Shown here piece after piece: positions 60,669-64,000 of a stretch of DNA of 64,000 nucleotides. The notes below the pieces were generated by a model. That model had not been told where the DNA came from and searched no databases. It saw only the letters and a program-made list of their open reading frames with translations. The translations under genes and the position numbers were made by a program. How positions within the stretch are numbered: position 1 is the stretch's first letter; each line of letters starts with the position of its first letter. Source of the DNA: Candidatus Methanomethylophilaceae archaeon (lineage in GTDB: Archaea; Thermoplasmatota; Thermoplasmata; Methanomassiliicoccales; Methanomethylophilaceae); NCBI GenBank assembly GCA_944320495.1, contig CALUHR010000009.1, positions 79,645 to 143,644 on the forward strand. The letters run 5' to 3'.

Positions 60669-62080
60669 GACGATTCCTCCAGGGCCTCCTCGATCCTCCG
60701 GTCGTGTCCGGCGGATAGCATCTCATCGTTGTAGCGGTACAGCGCCCCGTCGGGCTCGGAGTACATGACGACGCTGTAGCATCCCAGCAGCCCCGAGAGG
60801 AACGAGACCGGCTCCTGCCCGTTGCCGAAGGCGGCCCTCAGGCACTCGACGGCGTTGGTGAGCCTGCGGTCGAAGCGCTTGCGCCATTCCCCGGCCCTCG
60901 ACCCGGTCTCGGTGCGGAGGCGGGAGATCCCATCCTCGGTCGGTTCGATGCCGTGCAGGGCGGACAGGCAGAACGCCGCCGATGCGGAGGCCTCCCTCGT
61001 CGCGTTCGAGGCCATGGTCGCTTTCAGCCTCTCGCTCACGGCATCGAGGGATCCCCGCGGGTCGGCGGGGTCGAGGGCGTCGCATTCCCTGCGCAGGGCC
61101 TCGATGCCCATCCCCTGCTGGGCGTCCGCGTTGAGGTGCCCAATGAGCACGGATATTATGGACAGCTTCGCCTCCGCGCCTGCGGCCGACAGTGAATCCA
61201 GGTCGACGTCCCTGCCCCCGAGGATGGACTCCACGTCGTAGTCCTCGTTGTACTTCCTGTGGAACTCCAGGTAGCGCTTGAACTCGGCCGCGATGTCCGG
61301 GTTGCGGACGTACTGCGATATTAGGTTCACGCCCACGCTCCGGCCGAGCCTCTCGTGCTCCTTCAGGACGGTGGAGAGGTCCTCCCACGCCCTCGGGGTG
61401 ACGAACATGGGGCCCTCCGGGGTGCTCTCGATGCTGAGGAGGTTCTGGGGCTTCACCTGCAGATAGTATGTGATCGCGTCGTGCATCCCGGAGCTCATGG
61501 CGTACCTGAGCCACACCTGCGTGTCAGGCTCCACGTCGATGAGCCTGATCCTGTCCAGCGTCGCGATGTCGAACTCCCTGGCGGAGGAGTTGAACTCCGG
61601 AGGGTTGCCGGCGGCCATGAGCACCCACCCGTCGGGTATGCGGTGCGGTCCGAACTTCTTGTTCTGGAGGAGGTCCAGCATAGCTGCCGACAGTGTCTCG
61701 GAGACGCAGTTGACCTCGTCGATGAACAGGATGCCCTCGCTGACGCCCTGGTCCTCCATCGCCTCGTACACCGAGGCGACGATCTCGCTCATAGTGTACC
61801 TGGTGATGGGCATCTCCACCCCTCCGAAGCTCCTGGTCTCAATCATCGGCAGGCCGATGGCGGACTGGCGGGTGTGATGCGTGATGGTGTATCCCACGTA
61901 TCCGATGCCCATCTCCGCCGCGATCTGCGACATGATGGCGGTCTTCCCCAGTCCCGGCGCCCCCATGACCACGATCGGTCTCTGTCTCGCCCTGGGGATG
62001 ACGTAGTTCCCCGCGGCGTCCTTGTCCAGGTACGCGGCCACGGCGTCCCTGACGCAATCCTTCGCTTCCTGTATGTCCAT
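60665..62080 (-). CDS. MoxR-like AAA+ ATPase
   Basis: MGAPGLGKT, LFIDEVNC, AAGNPPE, TPRAWE. Confidence 0.88.
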   Translation of the reverse strand: MDIQEAKDCVRDAVAAYLDKDAAGNYVIPRARQRPIVVMGAPGLGKTAIMSQIAAEMGIGYVGYTITHHTRQSAIGLPMIETRSFGGVEMPITRYTMSEIVASVYEAMEDQGVSEGILFIDEVNCVSETLSAAMLDLLQNKKFGPHRIPDGWVLMAAGNPPEFNSSAREFDIATLDRIRLIDVEPDTQVWLRYAMSSGMHDAITYYLQVKPQNLLSIESTPEGPMFVTPRAWEDLSTVLKEHERLGRSVGVNLISQYVRNPDIAAEFKRYLEFHRKYNEDYDVESILGGRDVDLDSLSAAGAEAKLSIISVLIGHLNADAQQGMGIEALRRECDALDPADPRGSLDAVSERLKATMASNATREASASAAFCLSALHGIEPTEDGISRLRTETGSRAGEWRKRFDRRLTNAVECLRAAFGNGQEPVSFLSGLLGCYSVVMYSEPDGALYRYNDEMLSAGHDRRIEEALEESS

Positions 62081-62082
62081 CG

Positions 62083-63330
62083 TCGCACCTCCCCGGGCGA
62101 CAGGTCGGCCGACCTCACGACCAGCCTCATCGCCCATGGCGGGACCTCGTGGTCCATGTAGCGGTCGTCGCAGAAGACGAACGCCGTCCTGTATGCGGGG
62201 CGTCTCTCAGGGAACGTCCCCTTCCCGTCCGTGAAGTACATCAGCCCCCGTAGGTTCCCGAAGGTCCCGTCCTCGACCAGCGAGTCCACGTACTCGAAGA
62301 CGGGGCGGAAGTTGGTGCCGCCGCCCCCTATGAGGCGGAATCCGTCCATCAGTCTGCGGAGGTCCGTCTCGCTCCTGACCACGTCGTCCGAGCGGACCTC
62401 GTCGTCGCATTGGATGATGTGGAGGTTCGACCGGCCTCCGAACCCGGCCTGCCTCAGGGCCGAGTAGGCCTCCTCGAGGAACGCGACCACCGGTCCGCGC
62501 ATCGTCGATCCCGAGGTGTCCACGGCTATCACGAACTCGTCCACGCGAGGTCTGTCGGAGGATTCGAGCGAGTCTATGAGCGGGATGTTCCCGTAGGCGC
62601 GGAGCCCGTAGGTGTAGTAGATCGGGTCGAACTCGTCGATGTTCTCCCTCACGTCGGGTCTGGCGGACACGAACCTGCGCAGGAACGAGCGGTAGTCGTA
62701 GCGTCTGCGGTTCCTGATCCTGAGTATCGGCAGGATCCCGCCCGCCGACGGGTCGTTGCGCACTACGAACCCCTCCAGCTCGGTCATCGCCTGCTGGGCG
62801 AGGTCGCGCCATCCCGCCGTGTCTGCTTCCGCGTGGGCGGTGTCGTCGTCGACCGTGAACAGCTTCCCATAGAGTCCGGACTGCCATTCCGACAGGTCCG
62901 ATACGGCAGCTGCCACGAGGTCCGGGGCGGGGGCACCGGCGCGTTTGAAGATCTTCTCGCATGCGTACATCCGGTCGTCGCGCCCCCTGACGGACGTGTG
63001 GGGCGTGTCCATGGTGTCCAGGACGTACTCGACGATCATGTCCTCGGCCAGGAGCCTGGATGCGGGTGCGGACGGGTCCGTGTGCCCCAGCAGGCAGTGG
63101 AAGACGCAGTGGGCCAGCTGCCTGGTCACCATGTTGCGCTCCTCGCGGTAGTCGGAGATGACGGAGTCGCGGCGGAACCTCACGGTCGAACCGTCGCACT
63201 CCGGGAGACCCGTCCCGGGGACGATCTCGCGTCTCAGCGAGAACACCGCCATGGTCATGAAGCGCATGTCCAGGCACAGGCCGTTCGCCGCTGAGGAGAC
63301 GATCTCCGCGGCGAGCTCGTCGGCATCCAT
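62083..63330 (-). CDS. DUF2201-type metallopeptidase-like + vWA protein
   Basis: HCVFHCLLGH, IAVDTSGS (MIDAS), IQCD, GGGGTNF, YFTDG; ends SPGEV-CGA-CGA, the second CGA overlapping the MoxR ATG; standard-code end 61843. Confidence 0.85.
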
Positions 63331-63674
63331 CACGACCCCTTCATCCGGCCGTACTTGGCCTCAATCACGGCGGCATCGTCGTCGCCCAGGTCGCCCATGT
63401 AGTAGTTCAGCCTGGACTCCGGGATGCGGTACTTCTTGTCTGTGCGGATGTGGGACCGGGAGTCGAGGCCCGCGTCGTAGGGCTCCATCGGCTTCATGAA
63501 TGTGCCCGGATCGTGCGGATGCGTGGTGACCATCATCACGTTGTAACCGTCCCCGCTCCTGCCGAGGATGACGACCGGGCGGTTCTTGGAGCCGTCGCTG
63601 CCGTCGAACGGCATGTCGGCGTTCCACACCTCCATCGGTCTGGCTGAGCCCCTGCGGGCGGGTGCTGGCTTCAT
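63330..63674 (-). CDS. PemK/MazF-like protein
   Basis: EVWNADMPF...K.RPVVIL, MVTT; TGATG coupling to the vWA gene. Confidence 0.65.
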   Translation of the reverse strand: MKPAPARRGSARPMEVWNADMPFDGSDGSKNRPVVILGRSGDGYNVMMVTTHPHDPGTFMKPMEPYDAGLDSRSHIRTDKKYRIPESRLNYYMGDLGDDDAAVIEAKYGRMKGS

Positions 63675-63816
63675 GCGTTCCGAATGATGGTGGGTGGTTA
63701 AAGCCGTGACGGGGGAGGTTGGGGGGCGAGGGCAGTCCGGATCACTGCCCCGTCTCCGGGGCCGGCCATCATCTTTAAATGGGTGATGGCATTCGGGGAA
63801 TTACCGGATTCATCAT

Positions 63817-63893
63817 GGGCAAGTAGATCAGCCCGGTAGATCGCTGCCTTCGCAAGGCAGAAGTCGCGAGTTCGAATCTCGCCTTGTCCACCA
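63817..63893 (+). tRNA. tRNA-Ala(CGC) with encoded CCA
   Basis: Acceptor GGGCAAG/CTTGTCC with G3:U70, anticodon arm CTGCC-TTCGCAA-GGCAG, T arm GCGAG-TTCGAAT-CTCGC, 3' ACCA. Confidence 0.96.
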
Positions 63894-64000
63894 TTCCCTT
63901 CTGGCTTACCACTGTCGTTTACCATAGTATTTAAACCAAAGGTAAAAACGTCAACTTGTTCCTCAGTCATTTCTCTGTCTCCTTCTGATGCTTTCCTCGT

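Noticed and set aside
5780-62085. Motif-specific sequencing error converting TGA to CGA
   Set aside because: Flanking contexts are diverse, ~40 TGA stops remain, and an error process would not remove CGA from gene interiors. Not fully excluded without raw reads.
120-63970. Numerous long alternative-frame and antisense ORFs in the track (e.g. 120-1607, 702-1706, 50332-52038)
   Set aside because: Shadow ORFs of a GC-rich genome: Arg/Gly/Pro-rich, no family motifs, and they overlap well-supported genes.
63698-63970. 90-aa minus-strand ORF
   Set aside because: Antisense to tRNA-Ala and intergenic DNA; no protein features.
1-64000. CRISPR array, IS element, rRNA, or Pyl-containing (in-frame TAG) gene
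   Set aside because: No spaced direct repeats, transposase or rRNA signatures, and no gene visibly interrupted by TAG.

Overview
GC-rich archaeal chromosome segment. The methanogen assignment rests on the archaeosine TGT and the cfbABCDE F430 cluster; Methanomassiliicoccales/Methanomethylophilaceae is my inference from gene content. The window holds a hem/sirC/cobA operon (5.1-11.6 kb), an anaerobic cobalamin cbi cluster (37.3-45.8 kb), the cfb operon (49.3-54.4 kb), a heterodimeric ABC exporter, a PemK-vWA-MoxR-LRR operon and tRNA-Ala(CGC). An AT-richer accessory island (~19.5-31.9 kb) encodes a divergent TBP paralog, a Sel1-repeat protein, an LPD1-like zincin, a YbjN-like protein, a soluble VirD4-like ATPase, GrpE- and DnaK-like paralogs and a transglutaminase-like protein. 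The main discovery is that CGA behaves as a stop codon. About 20 of ~63 genes have an in-frame CGA where their protein family is expected to end, several in CG-ATG start/stop overlaps or in abutting convergent pairs. I saw no CGA inside intact coding domains in ~5,500 codons read by eye, and no called gene ends in TAG. Gene ends below use CGA as stop where applicable; the standard-code end from the ORF track is given in the evidence.
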